Shown one piece after another: positions 19,063 through 29,328 of a stretch of 64,000 nucleotides of DNA. The first letter of the stretch is position 1. Each line of letters starts with the position of its first letter. Made by a program: the position numbers and the translations under genes. Under the pieces are notes generated by a model. It searched no databases, was not told the origin of the DNA, and saw only the letters and a program-made list of their open reading frames with translations. This stretch comes from Candidatus Omnitrophota bacterium (GTDB lineage: Bacteria > Omnitrophota > JACPQZ01). The stretch lies in contig JACPQZ010000038.1 of the NCBI GenBank assembly GCA_016190205.1, forward strand, positions 4,005 through 68,004, given 5' to 3'.

Positions 19063-19734
19063 TCAGGGTTTGGGAGAGTGATTGAGGAAAGCCGCCAGGC
19101 CTTCGGAATTGGTGATCGTGGTCTTGCCGCGTGAAGATTGAATCAAGCCCTGCTGCTTGAAACGGCTCAAGATCCGGATGGCCGTCTCATGGGTGGTGCC
19201 GGCGATCTCGGCAAACTCCTGGCGGGTCAACGGGATGGTACCTGAAAATTTCTTGCCCAATACGAGCAGGGTATGGGCGAGCCTAAGTTCCGCCGGTTCG
19301 TACAGCCGGCAGCCGGCCCGTTCCACGATCCTCAAGCGCTCGCAGAAAAGGCACATGACGTCTTGCGTGAAATCAAAAGACCGCCTCATGATGCCGTGCA
19401 TGGCCTGAATGGGAATGCGCATGACGGTCGTGGGCTCCGCCGCCACGGCATCCGCAGGGTAGGGCTTGCGGTCTAAGGAAGGAAGACAGCAAAACACCTC
19501 GCCGCGGGTCATGACACAAGTCGTACTCACCTTGCCGTCGGCCAGGACTTTTAAAAGATGCACGCGCCCGCTCTTGACGAGCCAAACGGCATCGGAGGGC
19601 TGGCCCTCATAAAAGATGACCTCTCCTTTGGCAAAATGCTTTTCGGACGAGGCCTCCGCCAGACGGTGCTGGTCTTCCCGGCTTAAACGGCGGAAGGGAT
19701 CTGTCTTTTGAAGGAGCGCGCCATTTTCGGTCAT
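19063..19734 (-). CDS. Crp/Fnr family transcriptional regulator (Cys-rich)
   Basis: IFYEGQP; LTRQEFAEIAGTTHETAIRILS HTH; ATGA overlap with upstream reductase. Confidence 0.9.
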   Translation of the reverse strand: MTENGALLQKTDPFRRLSREDQHRLAEASSEKHFAKGEVIFYEGQPSDAVWLVKSGRVHLLKVLADGKVSTTCVMTRGEVFCCLPSLDRKPYPADAVAAEPTTVMRIPIQAMHGIMRRSFDFTQDVMCLFCERLRIVERAGCRLYEPAELRLAHTLLVLGKKFSGTIPLTRQEFAEIAGTTHETAIRILSRFKQQGLIQSSRGKTTITNSEGLAAFLNHSPKP

Positions 19735-21521
19735 ACCGCGCACTCTCCCTGACCCACGGTGAGCTTAAATTCCTCTTTTTGATCCCAGTCCACGTACACG
19801 CCGCGGTTCGTGTCGTACTCCTCAACTTGGGCGAGGTCCTTCAAGGCCTCACGCGCGGCCTCGCGGTCGAGGCGTCTTAAGTACGCTGCGATCGATTCAC
19901 CCGGGGCGCGTTCCTTGCGATAGAGCGCAATAATACGCTCAACCGCCTCGGGCACCTTTTTGGTAGGGAGCTTCATGATGGCGCGTCCTATCTGGCAGAC
20001 TTCCTGGTCCATGCCGCCCCCGAAGAACATCTGCACATGGGGAACCTCACGGCCGTTACGAGTTCCCACCGCCCCGTGAAAGCCTAAGGCCGCGACGTGG
20101 TGCTGGCCGCAGGAATTGGGGCAGCCGCTGATTTTGATGGTCAAGTCCTTGACGTCCTCGTACTTCCCATTGCCCTGGGCAAACATCTCGTTCAAGGCCC
20201 GCGCAAGTCCTTTCGAGGACGTGATCCCGAGATTACAGGTATCCGCCCCGGGGCAGGCCAGGACATCGTAGACCTGTCCTGCCCCCGCCTTGGGAAAACC
20301 CAATTTTTGAAGCTCCACATAAAGAGCCAGGACATGTTCGTCACGGACCCAGCGGATGAGCACGTTCTGGGTAATGGAAAGCCGCACCTTGCCGTCGGCA
20401 AAACGGGTTGATAGTTCAGCCATGCCCCTCATCTGGGCGGGGGTCATATCCCCAATAGGAATGAGGACCTCGACCGTGGAGTAACCCTTGTGCTTCTGGG
20501 GGAAGACGTTGGCCGCCTTCCAATGATTGAACTCGGGGCTCGTGAGCATCACCTTTGGCGGCGGGTTTTTAGGAGAGGGGGGAGGGGCCTCCTCCCACTT
20601 GGCTTTATATTCCTCGATATCCGGGTACCTGACGCCCTGGGCCTTCAAGGCTTCGGCCTCTTGCAAAACGCGCTTTTTAAATTCTTCAAAACCAATTTTT
20701 CTTACCAGAAACTTCATACGGGCTTGGTTTTTGTTGACGCGGTCTCCGCATCGGTCTTGAATCCTGACGATCGCGTGCATGAGCCGGAGAAAATCCTTTT
20801 CCTGGACAAAGTCGGACAGGAGCTGGCCCACCATCGGGGCTGCCCCCAAGCCCCCGCCCGCATACATCTTAAATCCGCACACGGGTTTTCCGTTTACAGC
20901 CTTTATCTTGGGGACCAGGCCAATTTCGTTAAACGTCACCTGCCCCTCATTCTTATGCGAGGAGGCGAAATTGATCTTAAACTTGCGCGGGAGCTTCTGG
21001 CTGTCGGGGTGCCTTAAGAAATACGCGGAGGTCATGCGCGCATAGGGGGTGACGTCAAAAGGCTCTTCTGAACTCACCCCCGCCATGGGATCGGCCACCA
21101 CGTTTCGGATGGAGTTGCCGCAGGCCTCCCGCGTTGTCAGGCCCGCCTCGTACAGAAGGCGCAATACGGTGGGCGTATCCGGGGTCTGGACGAAGTGTAT
21201 CTGGATGTCCTGCCGGGTCGTGATGTGGCCCAGTTTGTGCGCGGTGTAGTTATCGATAATATCGGCGATACGCACGAGCTGATCGCGGGTTAAGATCCCC
21301 GAGGGGATCTTGATCCGGATCATGTGGTTCGTGCCGCCCTGCCTCTGGCCGTAGACCCCCCTCATCAGGCGAAAGGGCCTGAACGTATCGTCAAAAATCT
21401 CCCGCCTCAAGTAGCGGCTGACCATCTCGCTAAAATCAGAAAGATCCTTCTCAACTTCCACTGGAAGGGGTATCCCGGAAGGTTTGAGGGCCCGCGAGGT
21501 TAGTGCGCTGTTCGTTTCCAT
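19731..21521 (-). CDS. Siroheme-[4Fe-4S] nitrite/sulfite reductase (ferredoxin-dependent type)
   Basis: GVYGQRQ, HITTRQDIQ, ACGNSIRN, LPRKFK, ACPGADTCNLG, ISGCPNSCGQH. Confidence 0.92.
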   Translation of the reverse strand: METNSALTSRALKPSGIPLPVEVEKDLSDFSEMVSRYLRREIFDDTFRPFRLMRGVYGQRQGGTNHMIRIKIPSGILTRDQLVRIADIIDNYTAHKLGHITTRQDIQIHFVQTPDTPTVLRLLYEAGLTTREACGNSIRNVVADPMAGVSSEEPFDVTPYARMTSAYFLRHPDSQKLPRKFKINFASSHKNEGQVTFNEIGLVPKIKAVNGKPVCGFKMYAGGGLGAAPMVGQLLSDFVQEKDFLRLMHAIVRIQDRCGDRVNKNQARMKFLVRKIGFEEFKKRVLQEAEALKAQGVRYPDIEEYKAKWEEAPPPSPKNPPPKVMLTSPEFNHWKAANVFPQKHKGYSTVEVLIPIGDMTPAQMRGMAELSTRFADGKVRLSITQNVLIRWVRDEHVLALYVELQKLGFPKAGAGQVYDVLACPGADTCNLGITSSKGLARALNEMFAQGNGKYEDVKDLTIKISGCPNSCGQHHVAALGFHGAVGTRNGREVPHVQMFFGGGMDQEVCQIGRAIMKLPTKKVPEAVERIIALYRKERAPGESIAAYLRRLDREAAREALKDLAQVEEYDTNRGVYVDWDQKEEFKLTVGQGECAV

Positions 21522-21577
21522 AACTAGTTCCTTTTAAAGGGCTTATAGATTTAATAAGGCGGGGTGCGTCACTGCTC

Positions 21578-21593
21578 GGTGATGTACGTCACC
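21578..21593. promoter_or_regulatory. Crp/Fnr-type binding site upstream of nitrite/sulfite reductase
   Basis: GGTGA-N6-TCACC palindrome. Confidence 0.6.
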
Positions 21594-21627
21594 TAGCGTA
21601 CCACAAGGGCGGCTGCCCGGTCAAATG

Positions 21628-21670
21628 CCAGACACGCTGTCGTGTCTGCCAGACACGACAGCGTGTCTGG
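21628..21670. repeat. Nested perfect palindrome downstream of phoU
   Basis: 21-bp arms CCAGACACGCTGTCGTGTCTG / CAGACACGACAGCGTGTCTGG with 1-nt spacer. Confidence 0.85.
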
Positions 21671-21671
21671 G

Positions 21672-22349
21672 TCACGGGGGGGGTGCTACCAAATCCTTGG
21701 TGTGGTGCTTAATAGACTTTCCCTGAACGAGATAGATCACATCCTCCGCAATATTGGTGGCATGATCGGCCACCCGCTCCACCTGGCGGCTCACGAGGAT
21801 GAGGCTCAAGGACCGTGTGATCGTCTTGGAATCTTCCAGCATATAGGTCAAAAGGGCGCGGAAAATCTGATGATCGAGTTCGTCCACTTCCCGGTCCCTT
21901 AGGCAGACTTGACGCGCGAGCCCCGCGTCCTTCCGGACAAAGGCATCCAGGCTATCCTTAAACATCCCCTGCGCGAGATCAGCCATGCGGGTGAGATTGA
22001 CCAGGGGTTTTAAGGGGGGCTCCTTGATAAGGTCCAGAACCCGCTCGGCAATATTGACCGCGAGGTCCCCCACGCGCTCGAGGTCGTTATTGAGCTTAAA
22101 GGCCATTGCAATGAACCTCAAATCGACCGCCTCCGGCTGGTAGAGCGCCAAGAGCTTTAGGCACCTCTCATCGATCGCGATCTCAAGCTGATCGATTGAT
22201 TTGTCCGCCTGGATCACGCCCTCCGCAAGTTTCGGATCCCGCGCGACCAAAGACTTCACGGCCTTACCGATGGCCTCCTCTGCAAGGCCAGCCATCGTCA
22301 ACAGATCCTGCCTTAACCCTTTAAGTTCCGCCTCGATGCGCTCACGCAT
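21672..22349 (-). CDS. phoU: Phosphate signalling protein PhoU
   Basis: QPEAVDLR, DLERVGDLAVNIAE, ERVADHATNIAE. Confidence 0.95.
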   Translation of the reverse strand: MRERIEAELKGLRQDLLTMAGLAEEAIGKAVKSLVARDPKLAEGVIQADKSIDQLEIAIDERCLKLLALYQPEAVDLRFIAMAFKLNNDLERVGDLAVNIAERVLDLIKEPPLKPLVNLTRMADLAQGMFKDSLDAFVRKDAGLARQVCLRDREVDELDHQIFRALLTYMLEDSKTITRSLSLILVSRQVERVADHATNIAEDVIYLVQGKSIKHHTKDLVAPPP

Positions 22350-22361
22350 GGCCTGCCCCTC

Positions 22362-23138
22362 TCATCCAAAACGACCTGTGATATATGCCTCGGTCCTTTT
22401 ATCCGTTGGGTTCGTAAACATAGTCTCCGTCTGGTCAAATTCCACGAGTTCTCCCATCAGCAAAAACCCAGCCACATCTGAAACCCGCGCCGCCTGCTGC
22501 ATGTTGTGCGTGACGATGACAATAGTATAGCGCGCCTTCAGGGTATACAACAGCTCCTCAATCTTGCCCGTAGCGATGGGGTCCAGGGCCGAACAGGGCT
22601 CGTCGAGGAGCAAGACCTCCGGACCCACGGCCAGGGTGCGCGCAATGCAGAGGCGCTGCTGCTGCCCTCCGGAAAGCCCCAGGGCGTTTTTGTGGAGGCG
22701 GTCCCGGACCTCGTCCCAGAGGGCCGCCTGCTTGAGACTGCGCTCCACCACTTCATCGATCACCCTGCGGCTCCTCTCTCCGTTCACGCGCAGCCCATAG
22801 GCGACATTTTCATAGACCGATTTGGGGAAGGGATTGGGCTTTTGAAAGACCATCCCAACCCGCTTGCGGAGCGCACTCACGTCCAAGTTGGGGTCGTAGA
22901 GATCCTGTCCGTACAAACACATGCGGCCTTCTATGCGCGCGCCGTCAATGAGATCGTTTAAGCGATTCAAACAGCGTATGAGCGTGGACTTCCCGCAGCC
23001 GGAAGGCCCGATGAGGGCCGTCACCTGATGCTCACGAAACGGCATGGTAACGTTCGAGATAGCGTGCGCGGTCCCATACCACACGTTGAGGTCTTGTATT
23101 TCCATCGCTGCCTCTTGAGCTCTTACCGCCTCCTCCAT
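22362..23138 (-). CDS. pstB: Phosphate ABC transporter ATPase
   Basis: [38 protein letters not shown]. Confidence 0.96.
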   Translation of the reverse strand: MEEAVRAQEAAMEIQDLNVWYGTAHAISNVTMPFREHQVTALIGPSGCGKSTLIRCLNRLNDLIDGARIEGRMCLYGQDLYDPNLDVSALRKRVGMVFQKPNPFPKSVYENVAYGLRVNGERSRRVIDEVVERSLKQAALWDEVRDRLHKNALGLSGGQQQRLCIARTLAVGPEVLLLDEPCSALDPIATGKIEELLYTLKARYTIVIVTHNMQQAARVSDVAGFLLMGELVEFDQTETMFTNPTDKRTEAYITGRFG

Positions 23139-23160
23139 CTTCTCTCCTCCCTCCTCCTTC

Positions 23161-24783
23161 CTAAATCTGCGCGCCCTGAAAGCGCGTCCTAAGCCTTGCC
23201 CGTATCACGATCGCGGCCCAGTTGAGCATGAGCACGATCCCCACAAGAAGAAGGGCCGTCATAAACACCATGGGCTTGGAGGCCTCGACATTGGGCGATT
23301 GAAAACCCACGTCGTAGATATGAAACCCGAGATGCATGAAGCGCCTTTCCAGGTGAAAAAAGGGGAAGTTAAGATCGAAGGGAAGCTCGGGCGCAAGCTT
23401 CACCACCCCTGTGATCATGAGGGGCGCCACCTCCCCCGCCCCCCGCGCCATCGCGAGGATCATGCCCGTCAAAATGCCCGGAAGGGCGGAAGGCAGGACG
23501 ACGCGCCAGATGGTCTGAAACCGGGTAGCCCCGCAGGCTAAAGACGCCTCACGGTAGGAACGCGGAACCGCCACCAGCGCCTCTTCTGTCGCGACGATAA
23601 CCACAGGAACAGTCAAGAGGGCAAGCGTAAAAGATGCCCACAAAATTCCCCCTCCTCCAAAGGTCGGCGTAGGAAGCCGCTCCGCGAACAGCAAGCGGTC
23701 TAGTGTTCCCCCCACGAGGTAGCAGAAGAACCCCAGCCCAAAAACCCCGAAGACGATCGAAGGGACCCCGGCCAGGTTATTGACCGCAATGCGGACCGCC
23801 GAAACCAGGGGACCTTTGTGCGCGTACTCATTGAGATAAAGCGCCGTCAAGACCCCGAAGGGCACAACGGCCACCGCCATCATGAGGGTCATGAGCACCG
23901 TACCGAAGATCGCAGGGGCCACCCCGCCTTCCGAGTTGGCCTCGCGCGGCTCATCGAAAATGAATTCCTTGAGGCGCGACGCGTACACACCCAGCCGCCC
24001 GAACCAAGAGAGGCTGTTGGGGGCGTGCACCCGCACGATGGAAGAAATCGGAAGCTCCTTCTTAAAGCCCTCCACCGTGGCCAAGGTCACGCGGTAGGCC
24101 TCATCCTGGGAGCGCAGAACCGTAAGTTCCTCCGCGATTTTTCCGTACCGCTCTTCAAGCCGGCGCATGGCCTCCTCGTGCGCGGCCCGCACACGCTCCA
24201 TCCCCTGGGCACCCAGTCCGTATCTTAGCTCGTTACGGCGCAGGGCCAAACGCTCCCGCTCCATCGCGTCATTGAGTTTGCCGATCACATGCCGTTCGAT
24301 GTGACGGATTTTTTTTGCCCGGGCCCGGGCCGCGCGCATTTCTTCATGAAGCTGCGGCAAAAGTCTGTTCTCGTCCGAAATTTTTGCTTCGGGCGTTTCG
24401 ATCCCCCGGATAAACCCAAAAAACGGGCCCCATTCGAGCCTTTCGACGACCACCGCGTCCTTTGGCTTCGTGCGCCTGATAACCTCATGGTCATTAAGCC
24501 ACACGAAGTCCGTTCCATAAAACTCCCTGTCGGCGATCCGGTAGAAGGTTCTCGTGAAGCCGCTCCCCACGTCCCACGTCCCACGTCCCACGTCCCTCAT
24601 ATATTCCCTGCCTTGCACCACCCCCAAATAAACCTTCCCAGTACCGTCCTCAACCTGCCAGAGCGGCCTTGGCCAGAAGGCCCCCAGCCCCATGTAGAGG
24701 ATGAAACCCAAAAGGGACGCAATCATGATGAGCGAAAGTCCCAGCATCATGCCGGAAAGCCAGGTGTAGAGGCGGTCTTTCAT
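23161..24783 (-). CDS. pstA: Phosphate ABC transporter permease PstA (long form)
   Basis: [31 protein letters not shown]; large periplasmic insert. Confidence 0.93.
   Translation of the reverse strand: MKDRLYTWLSGMMLGLSLIMIASLLGFILYMGLGAFWPRPLWQVEDGTGKVYLGVVQGREYMRDVGRGTWDVGSGFTRTFYRIADREFYGTDFVWLNDHEVIRRTKPKDAVVVERLEWGPFFGFIRGIETPEAKISDENRLLPQLHEEMRAARARAKKIRHIERHVIGKLNDAMERERLALRRNELRYGLGAQGMERVRAAHEEAMRRLEERYGKIAEELTVLRSQDEAYRVTLATVEGFKKELPISSIVRVHAPNSLSWFGRLGVYASRLKEFIFDEPREANSEGGVAPAIFGTVLMTLMMAVAVVPFGVLTALYLNEYAHKGPLVSAVRIAVNNLAGVPSIVFGVFGLGFFCYLVGGTLDRLLFAERLPTPTFGGGGILWASFTLALLTVPVVIVATEEALVAVPRSYREASLACGATRFQTIWRVVLPSALPGILTGMILAMARGAGEVAPLMITGVVKLAPELPFDLNFPFFHLERRFMHLGFHIYDVGFQSPNVEASKPMVFMTALLLVGIVLMLNWAAIVIRARLRTRFQGAQI
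24566..24596. repeat. Heptamer tandem repeat (CCCACGT)x4 inside pstA
   Basis: Four exact copies plus CCC; encodes [10 protein letters not shown]. Confidence 0.9.
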
Positions 24784-27005
24784 AATCCCGCAAGCCTCGC
24801 GCGCAGTTTAAGCCGGACGATCTCCGCCGCCGTATTCACCACAAACGAGATGCCAAAAAGAATAAGGGCGGCCACGAAAAGCACCCGGTAGTGACTGCTT
24901 CCAAAAGGCGCCTCCGGAATCTCCACGGCGATGTTTGCGGAGAGCGCCCGGAAACCGTTAAAGATCGACCAGTCCATGATGGGGGTATTGCCCGTCGCCA
25001 TGAGGACGATCATGGTCTCCCCCACCGCCCGCCCAAAGCCCACCATGACGCCCGAAAAAACCCCGGATCCGGCGGCCGGGAGAACCACCCGCGTGGCCGT
25101 CTGCCAGGCCGTCGCCCCGCAGGCTAAAGACGCCGAAACCAGATGCCTCGGCACCGAGCTAAAGGCATCCTCGCAAATGGTAAATATGATAGGAATAATG
25201 GCAAACCCCATCGCCCAGCCCACGACGATTGAGTTGCGCTGATCATAGCGAATCCCGGCCGCTTGGTTCATCCAGAGGTCAAACCGTCCGCCAAACAGCA
25301 CACGCTCGAGCCAGGGTCCCAATAGTGCCGCCGCCCAGAGCCCGGCCGCGATCCAAACACAAAGGAGCCAGAGCTCACGGCTTGAGGAAAAGGTGCCGGA
25401 TGGCGCACGCCCCTTTGCGCACAGGAGCATCCCCAAGAAGACCACTCCGGGAACTACGAGGGGGACGATGAGGACCGACACGATGTGGCGCTCAACCAAA
25501 GGGGCGAGTACCAGACCCGCCACAAATCCCAGGACCACGCTCGGAAGAGATGCCATGAGTTCAATCACCGACTTACACGGGCCGCGCAGCTTCTTGTCCA
25601 GAAATTGCGAGGTATAGAGAGCCCCAAAAAGCGCGAGCGGCACGGAAAAGAGCATGGCATAAAGAGTCCCCTTAAGCGTCCCAAACACAAGCGGCACGAG
25701 CCCGAACTTGGGCTCAAAGTCATCCGTCGCGCCGTGGGACTGCCAGGTGTGCTTGGGCTCATCATGGCCCTCATACCAGACCTTGCGAAAGAGGGTCTTG
25801 AGACTCACGTCTGGATGGGGATTCGCAATAAACCAGTGCTCGAGCCGGCCCGGACCATCTGTAAACACAGCCCCGTCCGCCTTGGGGGCAAAAGCCACAG
25901 CTTCTGGGACGAACCCTAAAGCCCGCTCCGCGAGCGCCCGTTCGGTGGTCATGTGCATGAGGCGCGCCTTTCCATCCTCGAACACAGCCACAAAGCTCTT
26001 GTCGCGCGGAGAAGGAATGAGTGTCCGGACCGGAGAAGAGTGCAACTGGAAGGGATGGATAAGGGTGAGCTTTTTCCCGTCACGACTTACTGGATCCCCC
26101 ACCAGTGACCAGGTAGACACGCTCCCGTCGCTGCCACCTACTACAAAAGACCGGCCGCCCAAAAGCGGGGTCAGGCCCGTCACCGCACCTTCCGAAACAG
26201 CTCGGACTATCTCCGCGAGCTCGGGCTCCCCCTCCCGTCTGAATTTGAACCGCGCGACTTCCCCCGCCCGCGTCCCTACCAGTAGCCCCGCGCCGTCCTC
26301 CAGAACAAGGACTGTGGTTGGAGCGCCGACATCCTCATACGAAAGGATATCGCTTTTTGTCTCCAAGACGGGCTCCCCAACTAAAGGCCTCTGTATCGCT
26401 ATTCGGCTTAAGACAAGTCTCTGCTCATCCAGGATACATGCGATGACGCCATAGTCCGCGCTCCACGCATGGGAAAGAGCCGAGATAGGGTGCCCAGGCT
26501 CGATCTCGACCACCGCCTCGCGCTCAACGCGCGGTACGGTCTTTGGTTCCGTCCCCTCAAAACCCGTGTCAAGCGCGAGCTCGCCCACCCACACCGCCCC
26601 AGTATCCGTCCCCAGCGCAACGGTTGAGCCGTCGCCGGAGCGGGACGCGGCTTGAACGACCGCTCCATCCAGCCCCGCGAGCTCGACCTCCTGAAGCAGC
26701 CTGCCATCTTTGAGTGAATGCACAAACGCCTTTGGGGCACCGGCAATGATAAGCGCCTCTTCGCGGCGCTCGTCCACGAGCACAAGTCTTGGCTCTTCCC
26801 CGGCCCCCGCGAGTCGAAGCGCGGACACGCGCTCCATGCGCGCCCCGGACAAGAGCGGCAGGGCCTCAAAAAACAAAAAGGCCCCAATCCCCAATATGGC
26901 CGCTATGACCAAGGCCGCATTGGCCGCTATAAAAATGCCCGCCAGACGGTCCTCTATCCTGGCGCGCCGCCTGAAGGGTAATTCTCTTTCGGTTTGCGTT
27001 CTCAA
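24780..27005 (-). CDS. pstC: Phosphate ABC transporter permease PstC (long form with beta-propeller-like domain)
   Basis: [42 protein letters not shown]. Confidence 0.92.
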   Translation of the reverse strand: MRTQTERELPFRRRARIEDRLAGIFIAANAALVIAAILGIGAFLFFEALPLLSGARMERVSALRLAGAGEEPRLVLVDERREEALIIAGAPKAFVHSLKDGRLLQEVELAGLDGAVVQAASRSGDGSTVALGTDTGAVWVGELALDTGFEGTEPKTVPRVEREAVVEIEPGHPISALSHAWSADYGVIACILDEQRLVLSRIAIQRPLVGEPVLETKSDILSYEDVGAPTTVLVLEDGAGLLVGTRAGEVARFKFRREGEPELAEIVRAVSEGAVTGLTPLLGGRSFVVGGSDGSVSTWSLVGDPVSRDGKKLTLIHPFQLHSSPVRTLIPSPRDKSFVAVFEDGKARLMHMTTERALAERALGFVPEAVAFAPKADGAVFTDGPGRLEHWFIANPHPDVSLKTLFRKVWYEGHDEPKHTWQSHGATDDFEPKFGLVPLVFGTLKGTLYAMLFSVPLALFGALYTSQFLDKKLRGPCKSVIELMASLPSVVLGFVAGLVLAPLVERHIVSVLIVPLVVPGVVFLGMLLCAKGRAPSGTFSSSRELWLLCVWIAAGLWAAALLGPWLERVLFGGRFDLWMNQAAGIRYDQRNSIVVGWAMGFAIIPIIFTICEDAFSSVPRHLVSASLACGATAWQTATRVVLPAAGSGVFSGVMVGFGRAVGETMIVLMATGNTPIMDWSIFNGFRALSANIAVEIPEAPFGSSHYRVLFVAALILFGISFVVNTAAEIVRLKLRARLAGL

Positions 27006-27991
27006 TGAAGCTTCGCCCGCTCTGCCTCTGCTATTTCCTTCGCCAGAGGGACATAACCATCCTTCACCACGACCTCCTGCCCCTCGATGCTCAAGACATA
27101 CTCCAGAAACTGTTCGACCAACGGATCCAGAGGCCGCCCCGGCGCCTTATTGACATATACATAAAGGTAACGGCTCAAAGGGTACGAGCCCGCGTACACA
27201 TGGTCCGGAGTGGCCTCGTACACGCTCACGCTCCCAGGCGCCTGTAGCGGGACGGCGCGTACCCCGGCAGTCCGGTAACCCAGGCCGCTGTAACCAATGC
27301 CCGCCCGGTCGTTCGTGATGCCCTCCACCACAGCGGCAGAACCCGGCTGTTCCTTGACCGAATTTTTAAAATCCCCTTTGCTCAAGGCATGCTCTTTGAA
27401 ATATCCATAAGTTCCCGAGGCAGAGTTCCGACCGTACAAACTGATCGGTAAAGACTCCCACTCGCCTGCAAGACCCTGTTCGCCCCATGTCGTAATGTCC
27501 CGGGGGGCCCCGCTCAAGCGCGTGCTCGAGAATATGGCATCCACTTCTTGAAGGGTAAGCCGTTCGATCGGGTTATCCTTGTTGACATAGACGGCCAGGG
27601 CATCCAGGGCCACGCCCACGGCCGTGGGCTTATAGCCAAACTTTTTCTCGAAGGCGTCTATCTCACTTGACTTCATCGGCCGCGACATGGGCCCGAGCTG
27701 GGCCACTCTGGAAATCAAGGCCGGAGGCGCCGTGGTGGAACCCTTTCCTTCGATCTGAATCCTGACGTTAGGATACTTCTTGCGGAAGCCCTCGGCCCAA
27801 AGGGTCATGAGGTTATTTAAAGTGTCCGACCCCACGCTCGAAAGATTTCCGGAAATTCCCCCCACCGTCTGATAGGGGGGTAGCCCAGGATCTACGGCCA
27901 AGACGCCCTCCCCTGTGCCCGCCCGCGCAAGATGCGCGCCGGCCGCTAGAGCCACGACCGCAGCCACCAGTCCGAATCGTTTCATCGTCAC
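27002..27991 (-). CDS. pstS: Phosphate-binding protein PstS
   Basis: [31 protein letters not shown]. Confidence 0.95.
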   Translation of the reverse strand: MTMKRFGLVAAVVALAAGAHLARAGTGEGVLAVDPGLPPYQTVGGISGNLSSVGSDTLNNLMTLWAEGFRKKYPNVRIQIEGKGSTTAPPALISRVAQLGPMSRPMKSSEIDAFEKKFGYKPTAVGVALDALAVYVNKDNPIERLTLQEVDAIFSSTRLSGAPRDITTWGEQGLAGEWESLPISLYGRNSASGTYGYFKEHALSKGDFKNSVKEQPGSAAVVEGITNDRAGIGYSGLGYRTAGVRAVPLQAPGSVSVYEATPDHVYAGSYPLSRYLYVYVNKAPGRPLDPLVEQFLEYVLSIEGQEVVVKDGYVPLAKEIAEAERAKLH

Positions 27992-28002
27992 ACCGCGTGT
28001 GT

Positions 28003-29247
28003 TTAAAACTTGGTCACCCAGTCCATTTGAACGGTGTCAAAATGATTCTTGGACCCGGTGACCTCCTTCGTATCAAAATATTTCACTCCAAACGTTGAAT
28101 TTTCGAGGACCGCTAGTTTCACCCAAAATACGTTCCCCTTGTGGTTGGTTCCTCCACCGCCAAAGTCGGAGTCCACAAAACCGTCGAATGCCGCATCGGG
28201 TTCAAGGCGTTGAATGAAATAGCCCGCCTCCCAGCCTTCCACAAGATCCCAGGGCCTCTTGGCCTTTCCCAGCTTAAGGCCCACATGGTAGCCGTTTTCA
28301 TCCGACTCCACCGAGGCGTTGTGGACCCAGTCACCGAAGGCCGAGACAGGAAGGGCGCCCACCTTCGAGGAGATCTCGACCGAGGGGTTGAGTTCATTGA
28401 AATCATCCACGGCGGCACTGTTTCCGCTCGGGGTGTTGACGAGCGCATTCTTCGCAGAATTCTTATAGTCGTAGTAGGCAAAGGCCCCCTTAACCTTAAG
28501 CTGATTTAAGAACGGGGTGTCGGAGCTCTCGAAAGGCTTCAGGGCGAGCCCCGCCTGTCCCCCCCACAGGCTGGGGTTGTCCGTCCCAAATCCGTCGGAA
28601 TCGATCGGAAAGGCACCCGCGTTTAAAAAGGCTCTCACCGGTCCCAAATCCTTCTCAAGCTGGCCGGAAGCCCCCGCAAATCCCAGCTCTTCGTCCCACA
28701 CCAACGGGCTCGCAGTCCAGAAAGGATTCTCGAAAATCCCCCCTTTAAGCCTTAATGATTCCACGACCGCCACGCTCGGGGCGTATTCTACGTACGCCAA
28801 GTCCAGATTGAAGGTCTTCTTCGAGAAAGTATCGTCAAAAGTCTGATTGGTGGATACCGGGTCCGTGAGACTCCCGGTTGCCAAGCGCGCTTCGACTTTC
28901 AGTTCATCCGTGACCCTGCCTTCCATGCCGAGGCGGAGACGGATGCGCTGACGGTGGAAATCTGCATTCGCGGTGCGGTCGCGGTATTCGTCCCGCAGGC
29001 GAAGCTCACCCTTTAATCTCCAGTTCCGGCTCCACTCGGGGACGATGTCCTGGGCGATTTCCTGATCCCGTTCCTCTTTCGTTTCCTTTATTTCCTGGCG
29101 GATCAAACCCGCCTCCACACTGGAGAGCACCCCCTTGTCCACCAATTTGTCCAAGAGGATATCCATCTCGCTTAAGGCCTGGGCCTGCGCATGGCACAAG
29201 AAAACGCCTAAGCAAGACAAGACAAAACCACGCACCACTCGTGACAT
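28003..29247 (-). CDS. Putative outer-membrane porin (likely phosphate uptake)
   Basis: Signal peptide, [42 protein letters not shown]-terminal Phe; first gene of pst run. Confidence 0.8.
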   Translation of the reverse strand: MSRVVRGFVLSCLGVFLCHAQAQALSEMDILLDKLVDKGVLSSVEAGLIRQEIKETKEERDQEIAQDIVPEWSRNWRLKGELRLRDEYRDRTANADFHRQRIRLRLGMEGRVTDELKVEARLATGSLTDPVSTNQTFDDTFSKKTFNLDLAYVEYAPSVAVVESLRLKGGIFENPFWTASPLVWDEELGFAGASGQLEKDLGPVRAFLNAGAFPIDSDGFGTDNPSLWGGQAGLALKPFESSDTPFLNQLKVKGAFAYYDYKNSAKNALVNTPSGNSAAVDDFNELNPSVEISSKVGALPVSAFGDWVHNASVESDENGYHVGLKLGKAKRPWDLVEGWEAGYFIQRLEPDAAFDGFVDSDFGGGGTNHKGNVFWVKLAVLENSTFGVKYFDTKEVTGSKNHFDTVQMDWVTKF

Positions 29248-29287
29248 AAGTTTCTCCTTTTCATGACACGACTACACTACAAGACGA

Positions 29288-29326
29288 GTGTTAGGAATAA
29301 ATAGAGGAGATGTAATACCTGTGTAA
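29288..29326 (-). promoter_or_regulatory. Pho-box-like direct repeats upstream of porin-pst operon
   Basis: Minus-strand TTACAC, TTACAT, (degenerate), TAACAC at 11-bp period. Confidence 0.6.
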
Positions 29327-29328
29327 GG

